Source: a virus | DNA length: 64,000 nt | Direction: 5' to 3' (one strand) | IMG/VR virus record: IMGVR_UViG_3300017783_000003 | Coordinates: 32,001-96,000 of that record | Shown: positions 56,801 through 64,000 of the stretch, in pieces | Layout of the letters: every line of letters begins with the position of its first letter | Position numbering within the stretch: the first letter of the stretch is position 1 | Translations under genes and position numbers: made by a program | Notes under the pieces: model-generated | Database searches by the model: none | Seen by the model: the letters and a program-made list of their open reading frames with translations, nothing else | Told to the model about the DNA's origin: nothing

Positions 56801-58909
56801 GGTCGTGGATATACAGAAGCACCTTCAGTTGTTATTAAAGGTGTTGGTTTAGGTGCTGGTGATGCTATCATTACTTCTAGGATTGAGATTGATACTCCTG
56901 CAGTAAGAATGGGTGTTGCAACTGATGCAAATGCAGATACTCCTTCTACTGTACCAACACACTTCGATTTCAAGCATCCTGTATATTTACAAAATGACAC
57001 TGAGTATGCTTTAGTTGTAGAAACAGATTCTATTGAATATGATCTCTGGGTATCTAGACTTGGAGAGACTGAAGTTGCTACAAGTACAACTGTCAATTCA
57101 CAACCATTATTAGGTTCAGTATACAAGTCTCAAAATATTGATAACTGGACTGAAGATTTATTTGAGGATATTAAATTTACTCTTTACAGAGCAGAGTTTG
57201 ATACCAGTTCATTTGCTCAACTTCTACTAACTAATGAAGACCTTGGATTTGAAAAACTAGATAGCGATCCATTTGAGTCTAGTGTAAGATCTAACTCAAA
57301 CGCTACTTCAGATCTCTTTAAAAATAATAATAAACTTATTAAAGTATTCCACAGAGATCATGGATTTGAAGATACTTTATCTTCAGTATACTTTAGAGGA
57401 TCTGAAGATACTGGCGGAATCTCTTCTACTGTCTTGAATGCTAAATTATTTACTGTAAAAAATTCTGGTCTAGATAATTATGTTATTGAACTTCCAAGTA
57501 GAGCAGGTTCCAGTCTATTCGGTGGTGGTGATAAAGTATTTGCTACCTACAATAGAAAGTATGAAAAATTATACGCACAAATTTCCTACTTACAACTAGA
57601 AGGAACTACTATTGACACTGAAGTTGAGACCACAAATATTACACCTTTAGATTCCAATTCAGTCAACTTCCCGTCTTATACTCAATCTACTTTTGAGAAA
57701 ACGTTCCTAAATCAAGAGCATTTCTTCACTAATCAAAAGATTATTTCTTCTAAGATTAATGAAACTATGAATAATGTTGACAGATCTCTAACTTATAAAA
57801 TTAATTTGACCTCCACAGTTTCGTATCTGTCTCCAGTAATTGATCTCAATATTGCTTCAGTAAAAACATCTACAAACAGAATTGATAATTCTACAGGTCA
57901 AGAGAAAAGATTTGGTAAAAAATATCAGAAACTTACTTTCCTGCCTGTTTATAACTTAGGATTAAATGTTACACCAACAGGTGCAGATACTACAGTTCTT
58001 GTTCCTGGTGTAACATTAGAGGGTGTTACTAGTCAAGCATCAGGAACACTTCTATCTTACGATAGTAATATTGCTTTAATCTCACTAACTTCTTCAGTTC
58101 TCTTTAAAACGGGTGAAATTTTGATCGCCAAGAATCTTGGTGGTGTCAGACTTACTGGCATTTCATTATCTGTATCTACCCAAAATGAGCAGAAGTTTAG
58201 TTTCACCGAAGGTACTAATGTATTCTCCTACTTCCCATCAAATTTCAATTATAACTATGCCAACATTATTGACGGTAAAGTTATCTCTTGGGATTCCGAT
58301 GAGAAAGAACTCATAGTAGAAAACCCATATGCTCCTATTGATGGTAATTATGACAGTGCTATTCTCAAAGATAGTAATTTTGTAAGAAAGCAAGAAGATC
58401 AAGAATCAGATATCTTTAGAGTTGGAGATATTGTCAAGTCTCAAGATGATTATTATGTAACTATCACTGGAGCAAATTTTGAAAATGGTGCTGACTTCAC
58501 TGCCGAGACTGATTCCAAAAATAGTTCTTCTCTTGCTAAGTATGTTTCTAAAGAAGTTTCTATCAATGAACCAGGAACTTCAATCGACGTACGTTTAACA
58601 GTTAATGTTAAAACAAGAGAAAATATTCAAGTTCTTTACAAAACTAAAGAAACATCTGCTCAACTTAATTTTGAGGATATTAACTGGACTTACTTTAATG
58701 ACACTGGATATTCCGATAACAACGATCTAGCAACTGCTGAGAATTCTATCTCTGCAATTGCCGAAGATCAAGCATCTTATCAGGAATATAAATTCAGTGT
58801 ACAAGATATTTCCGAGTTTACTTCTTTTGCAATTAAAATTGTTATGAAGTCCGATGATCCTGCGTATGCACCCAAGATCCAAGATATGCGATCAGTAGCT
58901 TCCTACTAA
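50828..58909 (+). CDS. VrlC-like / DUF4815-type large virion structural protein
   Basis: MPQKTNLNVSPYFDDFD..YKVLFRPG..QTRELT.LQSILQNQ; LARRTYDESGDY; RYTMRDIGKLEKRIERLEYYT; PLAQTF. Confidence 0.85.
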   Translation: MPQKTNLNVSPYFDDFDTDKNFYKVLFRPGYSVQTRELTSLQSILQNQIESYGKYRFKQGQLVIPGEVGLNNRLNFVKLSSVSEVAVNENGAIVYKKYDIKQLIGSTLRGINSGVSAVVVEVKYATEESADLIFVNYINSGDDGNESTFRQGETLEVVGGVNTPLLVVGTDGSVLPTSIQIIDPDTGDNSSLSSPAMGYATALKVEEGIYFVNGFFVRNDEQLIVLNNYYDKASVKVGFAIVEDIITPEEDASLYDNARGYSNSSAPGAHRLKIKLELKKFEYKALTDKNFIQIIQIKNGVVEKQIKPADYTLLEETLARRTYDESGDYVVKDFTIDTREYYQRNGNNGIYKQGDNGLVKGLSATEAETKLVVSVSPGKAYVRGFEIVNKEVKYLTIEKARDTLTRDNVTVKSRGASAFKVSNVYGTVPLNTVAGELSAYPDVYLNAVFNDGSIGFNGLEEETSYKFTTSRRAIEFGLDKGLKTIMINVTEGNADPVVKSDFPTKLWYVKSRSGSTPTSAGYIDIVAFSNANDINVAGTTSYFVEATIYGERSVLDEYFVEYDEGDPSKYRILYKTEADVLPPEGYTPELSYGRLVSYTNTITPTIGVVKPKDFSLSDRPDGFSQDTDKIISRGKSGVNAQPYSGIFNFGYFNPTFFTRITLETTPAEGFGSGKYIYGKTSNAVGVIENDLSSNYSSGSKLFVTTIAGQFHSGETIFDEQGFSIKIAKDNTISHFICTKRGTGYGSDDSTSLFINGNEINNSKVAPRTSGQGIYRIEVLDRSALRETFIAPPQVKAFPIQESAANNPSVIPVLYKNTVLTYTPQNVKSLQSTYNNYKFTADVDFSKTKYSDYRPITNFSFSGKQGSKFLECSGFGANLSKDLIQGDIIQYTDGDDNIVKNIVQWTSDAEGTVKSRIYLTYSLRDDVTNISVVRVRPLVSNVNASLIFPTGSKQIASLVRDSSDTKIKYYVRKDFTSDLNAAGGVITFTAQLPVGFQRFVAFNENAYVLTVLEKGDSDVVETGDIVYIDPKFVSINSSTSDSTGVTAGSLVIQMPQNFFGIGLTVYPKLKLTASVEIDQAKPRLKTAIRNQRIVIISGGDRVIPLRGSDYDGVATAILSYSDAFKLRYVYEGSSTTPPDVDSAGNLISGTDVTYKFSFDDGQRDTLYDVSRLVLKPGFESTQGQLVVAFDYFEHSSGDFCTVDSYTHEAGVEGSEVPSFNSSVHGIVSLKDVLDFRPKVDSSTTVTGFQDVSILSNPSGASYINFTGDSGVTALTPASDPGLEYSMSFSETQYLDRIDGIFLNKKGEFVVKKGNASLNPAKPDNVDDAITIAYLHIPAFTKSNKDVRIVPVDNRRYTMRDIGKLEKRIERLEYYTTLSILEQQTLNMQIKDTVGFDRFKSGFIVDNFEGHGIGNIISEDYKCSIDTQQSVLRPSVKENSINLREVNTRNDQRLISGYVNNSNVITLPYTSLKLLGNEFATKTINPNPFVVIQYVGDCSISPTIDQWYNTDIAPLALNTNTNHYAIFQAKNDVRDAIGSIFNSFIVNWTGSDSSLMSINSFATVTSDKVESFVQKANIASSSNVSPQNNEIAKGVTTKTVNGVKVSSSLEFFARSIPVFFKVQRLKADTKLNVYIDGRSVNPWVVPDSNFSGIAGNSLTTFGSELKTNSNGDLSGMILIPSGYEPVSNSRWYGNSDNVDYNLASEEIYIAAGEKTITFTDTDNYDNKSESNSYADVIFYSTGIIPENPSSIVSTTAAYFKANEGVQSVNSNTDKEVKPNPLAQTFKIENFSGGCFTTGIDLFFKNKDTSIPIKTYLTNVDTGKPGKHVIPGSTSIKYPETYLKIFVTGDNDTISIKKNEFVKGSATNASGPILRVFDKNNIQVGDENSLQFQLNKEQVYTLILENHNGISFIANEQLIIPSVTEYNNTRNKEVLINIAKDSGKLVELQVEQTGSNYETAAITIESPQLPGGSTATGNIYVSDGQIYSSELVLSGRGYTEAPSVVIKGVGLGAGDAIITSRIEIDTPAVRMGVATDANADTPSTVPTHFDFKHPVYLQNDTEYALVVETDSIEYDLWVSRLGETEVATSTTVNSQPLLGSVYKSQNIDNWTEDLFEDIKFTLYRAEFDTSSFAQLLLTNEDLGFEKLDSDPFESSVRSNSNATSDLFKNNNKLIKVFHRDHGFEDTLSSVYFRGSEDTGGISSTVLNAKLFTVKNSGLDNYVIELPSRAGSSLFGGGDKVFATYNRKYEKLYAQISYLQLEGTTIDTEVETTNITPLDSNSVNFPSYTQSTFEKTFLNQEHFFTNQKIISSKINETMNNVDRSLTYKINLTSTVSYLSPVIDLNIASVKTSTNRIDNSTGQEKRFGKKYQKLTFLPVYNLGLNVTPTGADTTVLVPGVTLEGVTSQASGTLLSYDSNIALISLTSSVLFKTGEILIAKNLGGVRLTGISLSVSTQNEQKFSFTEGTNVFSYFPSNFNYNYANIIDGKVISWDSDEKELIVENPYAPIDGNYDSAILKDSNFVRKQEDQESDIFRVGDIVKSQDDYYVTITGANFENGADFTAETDSKNSSSLAKYVSKEVSINEPGTSIDVRLTVNVKTRENIQVLYKTKETSAQLNFEDINWTYFNDTGYSDNNDLATAENSISAIAEDQASYQEYKFSVQDISEFTSFAIKIVMKSDDPAYAPKIQDMRSVASY

Positions 58910-59106
58910 TGTACATACAAGTTGAAGGACACGAAAATTTAGTTAGAGATTCTTCTACTGGAGCAATTATCAACAAAGATAAAATCTCTGGTAGGAGAGT
59001 CTCATCTGAGTTTTACAGTATGAAACATGACATAAATACATTGAAGGAAGAACTATCTGAAATCAAACAACTTCTTAGAGAGATCGTAAGAGATGCCAGC
59101 AATTAA
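58909..59106 (+). CDS. Small conserved coiled-coil virion-associated protein
   Basis: VEGHENLVRD.STGAIIN...LKEELSEIKQLL. Confidence 0.75.
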   Translation: MYIQVEGHENLVRDSSTGAIINKDKISGRRVSSEFYSMKHDINTLKEELSEIKQLLREIVRDASN

Positions 59107-62100
59107 TGTAGCTAAAACAGATACCTTTGAAATTCAAAGGCAAAAAATTAATACGATATCAGAAAATGTATTTGCATTTGCTGCTGGTGGTAGTGATCTT
59201 GCTACAGGCAATCTGAAGTTGGGTGATGGTGAAAAGGATGTCCCATCGCTGGCATTTACTTCAGACTTGCAGTTAGGTTTATACAAATCATCGCAAAACA
59301 CAGCGACATTTGTTAGTGCAACAAAAAGAATTTTTGAATATAATAATGTAGGCTCTGTTTATTACAGAGATTTTATTATCAGGAAGACTACACTATTTAA
59401 TGAAGGAATTGAAATTCAATCAGTAGGTCAAAACTACGATGTAGGTAGTTACGAAGACATCTCTGCTTTTGGTGGTACTGGCGAGAGTGGATCGTTTAAC
59501 ATCAATGTTGCTGAATATTCTGGTTCTACTATTTCTGGTAGTAACTACGTATTCGTCGGTGCTGAAGGTGATGATCAATATAGTAATGTACCACTGCAAG
59601 GAGGTAATGGATCTGGCAATTTGGTCAACCTCACTTTTTCTAGTGGAGGATTTAGTGAAACTACAATCCAGCAATATGGTACTGGATATCAAGTAGGAGA
59701 TGTTCTTACTCTACCACCATCACAATCTGGTGTTTCTGGTACAGTTACAGAAGAACAAAATAATATAGCGGTATCTAGTATAGCTGGTATCGTCGAGGGT
59801 ATGATAGTAACCCAAACTGGTGGTGCAGGTGCTTTTGTAATACCAGAAGATATTGATGGCAACCCTTCAGATATTGTCGTTACTGGCGTTGATGCCGAGA
59901 ATACTGAGATTCAGGTAAACACCACTGCATCATCTTCAGGATCTGTAACATTAACTCTATCAGTTCCTTGGGGTAATTCTGGTAGTGGTTATTCATACAC
60001 CGTTGATAAACTTGGTGTTATCAACCAAATATCTGTTAATAACCCTGGTAATGGTTATGCAGGTGGTGATGTACTATCAGTAAATCCTCTGGACTTAACA
60101 GCATTTATTGATTACACAGTAACTACAGTTGAAGGTCAAGTAATTAACTTTACTGTAAACGTTCCTACTAATGCGTTTTCAGTAGGGTCAACTATTAGTA
60201 CAGTTGATCCATCCGATAGTGAAGCAATTGCAGCATCGGGAGATGTACTAGAAGTCACTATATCTGGTGGCGCTATCACAAGTATTTTAGTTTCATTTAC
60301 AGAAGGTAGTAGTGACGCTGGTTATAATGTTACTGGTAATGGCACATACACTGTAGATTCTGTAGACAATGCTGCTAGATATCAGATTGATACCACAGAA
60401 GATCAAAGTAACCCTCAATTATATCCAAATTTAACTTTATATAAAGATAACAAATATAGATTTGATGTTTCTAATGTTGGATCTCATCCATTCAAATTCA
60501 GTATTCATCAAGATGGTATTCACGCAGGATTTGAAGAAACTGTAACTCTTAGTGATTCTTCTGCTGATATCACAGTAGCAAGTTCTACTGGATTACTTGT
60601 TGGCATGTCGGTTACAACAAACAACAGTGCTAATGAAACAGGTGAAGTGGCAGGCGATACTGTAATTGAAGCAATCAATGGAAATACAATTACATTATCC
60701 GATATTCCACAGGTTGCTGGATCTGCTGTTCTTGTATTTGCTGGTGTTCAATATGATGAATCGGAAGTTAGTTATGCTGACGACTACGTAATTATTATAC
60801 CAGAATCCACTACACCAACACCTTTATATTACTACTGTGGTATACACCCAAAAATGGGCGGTACTGGCACACTTACTATCGACTACAACAATCCCAAAAC
60901 CTTTGGTACTGGATTTGAAGTTCTTGCAAGTGAAGTAGAAGCAGTTGATGTTATTACTGGTTCTGTTGCTGATGGAGAGTTTAATGTTTCTTCTATTACT
61001 GGTACTGATGTAACAGTAGAAAACATTCAAACAACAAATATTACTGGCACTGAAGCACAATTTACAAGAACAGTTACTCCAGAAGTTGCATTAGAAGTAA
61101 ACGCAGATAAAAGTTCATTAACTACTATCACTGCTTTAGGTGGAGAAATAATTCTTGGTGGTACATCTTTAAGTCTTGGCGACAATTTTACTGTCAATGC
61201 GGATACGGGAACTCTTAATACTAATGGTATTCTCAAGACTACTAACAAACTCAACATTAATGATTTTTTAAATATTGTTGATAATACTATTTCTGCTACC
61301 ACTAATAATAGTATTTTCATTGTTCCTGCTGCTGGTAAAATTACTAAAATTGATTCTGCAACAGCACTGATTATTCCTAAAGGTAACACAGCAGCAAGAC
61401 CTCTTGTAGGGCAGGTACAAGACGGTGCAATCCGTTTTAACAGCGAAACGAACCAGTATGAGGGTTATAGCGAAACAACGTCTTCCTGGTCCTCCCTGGG
61501 CGGTGTTAGAGACCTTGACGGTAACACATACATCGATGCAGAAGCATTCCCAGGCGCAAATGATAATACTCTGTATTTTTATAATGATAATGTTAACACT
61601 TTACAAGTAACAAGAAATTTTCTAGACTTTAGAAATACTAAAAAAATCAAATCTGCAAATACTACAGCACCAGAATATAGTAATTGGTTTGCTAACATTC
61701 CTGTAACAGTTACCACACCCACAACAAAACTCAAGTATAGAAACAATATATTTGAAGTTACTGTTGGTGGGGTAACAGCAACATCTGGAAACGAACCATC
61801 TGATACTAGTGGAGATGAATTTATCAATGGTACAGCAACTCTAAAATGGATTGCTTCTGCTGTAGATGCCCTCACATTCCAAGAAATTTCTGAAGTTCGT
61901 ATTGACCCATTTGGAGATACTCCACTTGTTATTAGTGGAGAACTTCGCTTTCTTAATAATGTAGTTTCTACAGATATTAATGATTTAGTTATTAGACCAA
62001 ATTCTGGTAAAAAAGTTTCTATTGATGCAGCAAGTTCTCTTAAAATTCCTGTTGGTGATAACAACCAAAGAGGTGCTGCAGTAATAGGTTCTATCAGATT

Positions 62101-62920
62101 CAATACAGACATTCTCCAGTATGAGGGTTATGACGGTAACAACTGGTCCTCTCTTGGTGGCGTACGTGACGTTGATGGTAATACTTACATCATTCCAGAA
62201 ACTGCTCCTGGTCTAAATGAGAATACTTTATTCTTCTACAACAACGGCGTAAACACTGTTAGAGTTACAGAGAACGAATTTGTATTTGATGGTATTGAAG
62301 ATATTTTCTCTTCCACGACAGATAATCTAAACATCAATGTAGAAAGTTTAACTTTTGAGGATGGTGCTCTTGTACTTGAGCACAGTGTACTTACTGATAC
62401 TTATCTTTATACAACTAGAGAGAACTTCGACATTGGCATGTCTCAAGGTCTCACTATTGATAAGTTCTTGAGACTGTCTAATACAGGTGACATTAAATAT
62501 AATGTAAACTTCCCTAACGGTGGTGGTGTTCCAGATTATCTAACTTTAGTTAGTGGTGATTTAAAAACGGTTGAATTTGCTGATATAAGAATTTTATCTT
62601 CTGTCGCATCTCTTCAAAAAGGAACAAACGATAGTTATGGGTTTGAAGTTTACAAGTCTACCGATAAAGGAGCAAGGATTCTAGTTACTGTTCACAATAC
62701 CACAATAAACGAGAAAGAACAAGTTGAACTTTCTGTTATAGATAATGGTACAGATATTGTATATTCCGATTACGGTAACATTAAAACAGGTAGTGAACTG
62801 TTTACAGCATCCTTTGATTATAATGCACTAAACAATGTTAGGGTTAACATAACTCTAAATTCAAGTTTAAGTCTTGGAAATCTTTGTAATGTAACAATCA
62901 CAAGTTATGTAAATAAGTAA
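59093..62920 (+). CDS. Virion structural protein with a cupredoxin-like motif and a duplicated fibre module
   Basis: MPAINVAKTDTFEIQRQKIN start; SHPF...YYYCGIHPKMGG; two IP.G....GAIRFN..YEGY..WSSLGGVRD.DGNTYI repeats. Confidence 0.75.
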   Translation: MPAINVAKTDTFEIQRQKINTISENVFAFAAGGSDLATGNLKLGDGEKDVPSLAFTSDLQLGLYKSSQNTATFVSATKRIFEYNNVGSVYYRDFIIRKTTLFNEGIEIQSVGQNYDVGSYEDISAFGGTGESGSFNINVAEYSGSTISGSNYVFVGAEGDDQYSNVPLQGGNGSGNLVNLTFSSGGFSETTIQQYGTGYQVGDVLTLPPSQSGVSGTVTEEQNNIAVSSIAGIVEGMIVTQTGGAGAFVIPEDIDGNPSDIVVTGVDAENTEIQVNTTASSSGSVTLTLSVPWGNSGSGYSYTVDKLGVINQISVNNPGNGYAGGDVLSVNPLDLTAFIDYTVTTVEGQVINFTVNVPTNAFSVGSTISTVDPSDSEAIAASGDVLEVTISGGAITSILVSFTEGSSDAGYNVTGNGTYTVDSVDNAARYQIDTTEDQSNPQLYPNLTLYKDNKYRFDVSNVGSHPFKFSIHQDGIHAGFEETVTLSDSSADITVASSTGLLVGMSVTTNNSANETGEVAGDTVIEAINGNTITLSDIPQVAGSAVLVFAGVQYDESEVSYADDYVIIIPESTTPTPLYYYCGIHPKMGGTGTLTIDYNNPKTFGTGFEVLASEVEAVDVITGSVADGEFNVSSITGTDVTVENIQTTNITGTEAQFTRTVTPEVALEVNADKSSLTTITALGGEIILGGTSLSLGDNFTVNADTGTLNTNGILKTTNKLNINDFLNIVDNTISATTNNSIFIVPAAGKITKIDSATALIIPKGNTAARPLVGQVQDGAIRFNSETNQYEGYSETTSSWSSLGGVRDLDGNTYIDAEAFPGANDNTLYFYNDNVNTLQVTRNFLDFRNTKKIKSANTTAPEYSNWFANIPVTVTTPTTKLKYRNNIFEVTVGGVTATSGNEPSDTSGDEFINGTATLKWIASAVDALTFQEISEVRIDPFGDTPLVISGELRFLNNVVSTDINDLVIRPNSGKKVSIDAASSLKIPVGDNNQRGAAVIGSIRFNTDILQYEGYDGNNWSSLGGVRDVDGNTYIIPETAPGLNENTLFFYNNGVNTVRVTENEFVFDGIEDIFSSTTDNLNINVESLTFEDGALVLEHSVLTDTYLYTTRENFDIGMSQGLTIDKFLRLSNTGDIKYNVNFPNGGGVPDYLTLVSGDLKTVEFADIRILSSVASLQKGTNDSYGFEVYKSTDKGARILVTVHNTTINEKEQVELSVIDNGTDIVYSDYGNIKTGSELFTASFDYNALNNVRVNITLNSSLSLGNLCNVTITSYVNK

Positions 62921-62921
62921 G

Positions 62922-63431
62922 ATGGCAACAAACATTACAACCTTTGATTCCGTACATGGTTTTTCTGTTGGCAACACCACTGTAGTCAATGAAACTAACG
63001 ATGCACGAAATCTAAATAGTCTAGAATTAAAAAATCAACTCTTTCTTGATAGTGCAGCAACAACATATATTCTTAGAGGATTGAACACTGCAGTTCTTTC
63101 TTTAGACGATGTTGGTTCTCAAATTACCTTACCTACTGACACCATTAATTTTATTACAGCACATATCATTGGAGTTAATGATAGCGGTGGCGGAAACATC
63201 TCAAAAAAATTTGAGTCTATCGTAACCAATAATGCTGCAGGTCAGGTGCAGATACTTTCTACCATGGAAACTATTATCAAAGATAGTATTCCATTAGGTC
63301 AAGATTGGACATGTGTTCCTTTTGATTCAGGAAGTGCTAATAAATTTAGTTATTCGACAGTTAGAGCAGGTACTACCAACGAAATTAAGTGGGTAGCAGT
63401 AGCACAAGTCATTAGTATTGAATGGACTTGA
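62922..63431 (+). CDS. Conserved structural-region hypothetical protein
   Basis: FDSVHGFSVG start; tight packing. Confidence 0.7.
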   Translation: MATNITTFDSVHGFSVGNTTVVNETNDARNLNSLELKNQLFLDSAATTYILRGLNTAVLSLDDVGSQITLPTDTINFITAHIIGVNDSGGGNISKKFESIVTNNAAGQVQILSTMETIIKDSIPLGQDWTCVPFDSGSANKFSYSTVRAGTTNEIKWVAVAQVISIEWT

Positions 63432-63432
63432 T

Positions 63433-63440
63433 GCTAAATA
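63433..63440 (+). promoter_or_regulatory. Late promoter (GCTAAATA)
   Basis: TAAATA core upstream of ATG 63477. Confidence 0.6.
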
Positions 63441-63476
63441 TACTATAGGATTATCCCCACCACCAGCGAGAGAGAA

Positions 63477-64000
63477 ATGAGTTTTCAGTTTAATTCTGAT
63501 AAGGAAATTTTAAGGGCGGTTAACCCATCAGTTATCGCAGACCAATCTTATACGATTCGTGCTGGAACTGGGTCAACAGAAAAAGAAATATTTAGAGCAC
63601 AGTTAGACTCAGTAACCAACTTACCTAGAGTTGGTATTAATAGAACTGGTAAAAGAGTTGAAAGAATTGATGTTCCTGATGGACAAGGTGGTAGTGGGTA
63701 CACCTTAGTTCCTTCAGTTGAATTATCTGCTCCAACTTTAGATGGTGGTCGTCAAGCATTAGCATCGGCTGCAATTTTTAATGGTGAAGTTAGTGCAATT
63801 ATTGTTGATGATCCAGGTGATGGTTACGAACTAGCACCAACGGTAGAAGTTACTGGTGGTAATGGTGTAGGTGCTGTTGGTATTTCATTCCTAGATACCG
63901 TTGATTTTGAACTTGATATTAATGGTGCTATTAGAACATCAACGTCTATCATTTCTGATACGGCAAGAATCCTAAACCTTGATATTGATAATTTTATCAC
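63477..64000 (+). CDS. Large structural protein, 3' truncated (MSFQFNSDKE..PRVGINRTG..GSGY..)
   Basis: Translated by hand; open to the window end; GxGY...P.V repeats as in other baseplate/fibre proteins. Confidence 0.75.
   Translation, partial: MSFQFNSDKEILRAVNPSVIADQSYTIRAGTGSTEKEIFRAQLDSVTNLPRVGINRTGKRVERIDVPDGQGGSGYTLVPSVELSAPTLDGGRQALASAAIFNGEVSAIIVDDPGDGYELAPTVEVTGGNGVGAVGISFLDTVDFELDINGAIRTSTSIISDTARILNLDIDNFI

Noticed and set aside
247-62112. Numerous minus-strand and alternate-frame ORFs in the track (e.g. 20447..21064, 14606..15031, 61579..62112)
   Set aside because: They are shadows of long + strand genes with biased codon usage, and have no motifs or translation signals.
61360-62250. 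Duplicated WSSLGGVRD.DGNTYI module as a recombination cassette
   Set aside because: Synonymous positions have diverged; this is an ordinary internal domain repeat.

Overview
Segment of a T4-like cyanomyovirus (marine Synechococcus/Prochlorococcus phage type) genome; essentially all real genes are on the + strand. 1-20.4 kb: late virion module (giant fibre/structural protein, tail-collar and Gly-rich fibre proteins, tail chaperone-like protein). 20.4-33.7 kb: early/accessory region with an SF2 helicase, 2OG-Fe(II) oxygenases, a carbamoyltransferase, a GP88-like protein, two KTSC-like proteins and many tiny ORFs behind sigma70-type promoters, seven of which carry a shared N6-spaced palindrome. 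33.7-64 kb: PAAR-like protein and baseplate genes gp25, gp6, a 3653-aa gp7, gp8, a VrlC/DUF4815-like protein and further structural proteins behind TAAATA late promoters. The most unusual part is the largely non-coding 29.6-33.7 kb locus: cyanobacterial-type DnaA boxes under a leftward promoter, twin hairpins, an AT-rich tract, two arrays with a 24-bp period, an inverted repeat copy bracketing a 2.2-kb cassette, an NtcA-type box and an apparent local GC-skew flip. Together these suggest an origin-like or control locus. All calls are from motif reading by eye; no searches were run.
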